64,000 nucleotides of DNA. It comes from the human T2T-CHM13v2.0 reference genome, Homo sapiens. The stretch is from assembly GCF_009914755.1 (NCBI RefSeq), contig NC_060928.1; one strand, 5' to 3'. Position numbers and translations under genes: made by a program. The notes under the pieces were generated by a model. It worked only from the letters and a program-made list of their open reading frames with translations, did not search any database and was not told the origin of the DNA. Every line of letters starts with the position of its first letter. Positions within the stretch are counted from its first letter, which is position 1. Positions 63,521 to 64,000 of this stretch are shown piece after piece.

Positions 63521-64000
63521 CACATCTCTTTAAAGATGGTAGAGTGAAGCCCTGGTGATAAGGATATGCAGTTTGATCCCAATTCTGAAAAAGTTCATTC
63601 TATCATCTGTCTTATCATTCATTGACCCACTTTATAATAATGGAGCAAAAGATCAACTCTTAAAATTCTCTTGCTTTAATATAAACATTAGAAAATAAGT
63701 GACAACCTGCAAATAAAATACTTTTTAAAAAAAGTAACAGAGATCAGTTTATTACTGATTAAATTATTCTTTATTAAAATGTGACTATAATTTTAAGTCT
63801 AAATCAAATTAGTTTATTAAACTTATATATGTTAATATCTACATAACCATAACAGACATAATAATTTAAAAATATAAGCTACTAACCACAATGCCTAAGA
63901 GCCCTGTAGCTTTGTAAGGAAGATTAAAAACAAGGACACAACTACAAAACAATCACTAGGTCACATATCTTGGCCTGGATTTTCTCATTTAGCTATCAGG

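Overview
AT-rich primate (human-like) genomic DNA, intergenic or deep intronic, roughly two-thirds decayed transposable elements. I see no supportable protein-coding gene, RNA gene, CpG island or CRISPR array. Most ORFs in the track are broken L1 ORF1/ORF2 pieces, Alu- or MaLR-derived frames, or short AT-rich chance frames. Main contents in order: a 5'-truncated L1PA7-like copy with TSD; a 5'-intact but 3'-truncated L1PA7/8 fused to an old L1MC/MD 3' end; a near-full-length antisense L1MA2-like element carrying an ERVK solo LTR, two Alus and two tandem duplications; a MaLR nest (full THE1A provirus and a THE1D LTR inside an MSTA); two ancient ERVL remnants; a twin-primed L1MA8-like insertion; 13 Alus; and L2, MIR, MER5, MER20 and microsatellites. 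I did not find a new biological system. The interesting signals are footprints of retrotransposition and repair: inversion junctions, insertion-associated deletions, fold-back hairpins and an orphan 78-bp insert. Subfamily names come from my recall of consensus motifs and need RepeatMasker/Dfam confirmation. Boundaries of old elements are approximate.
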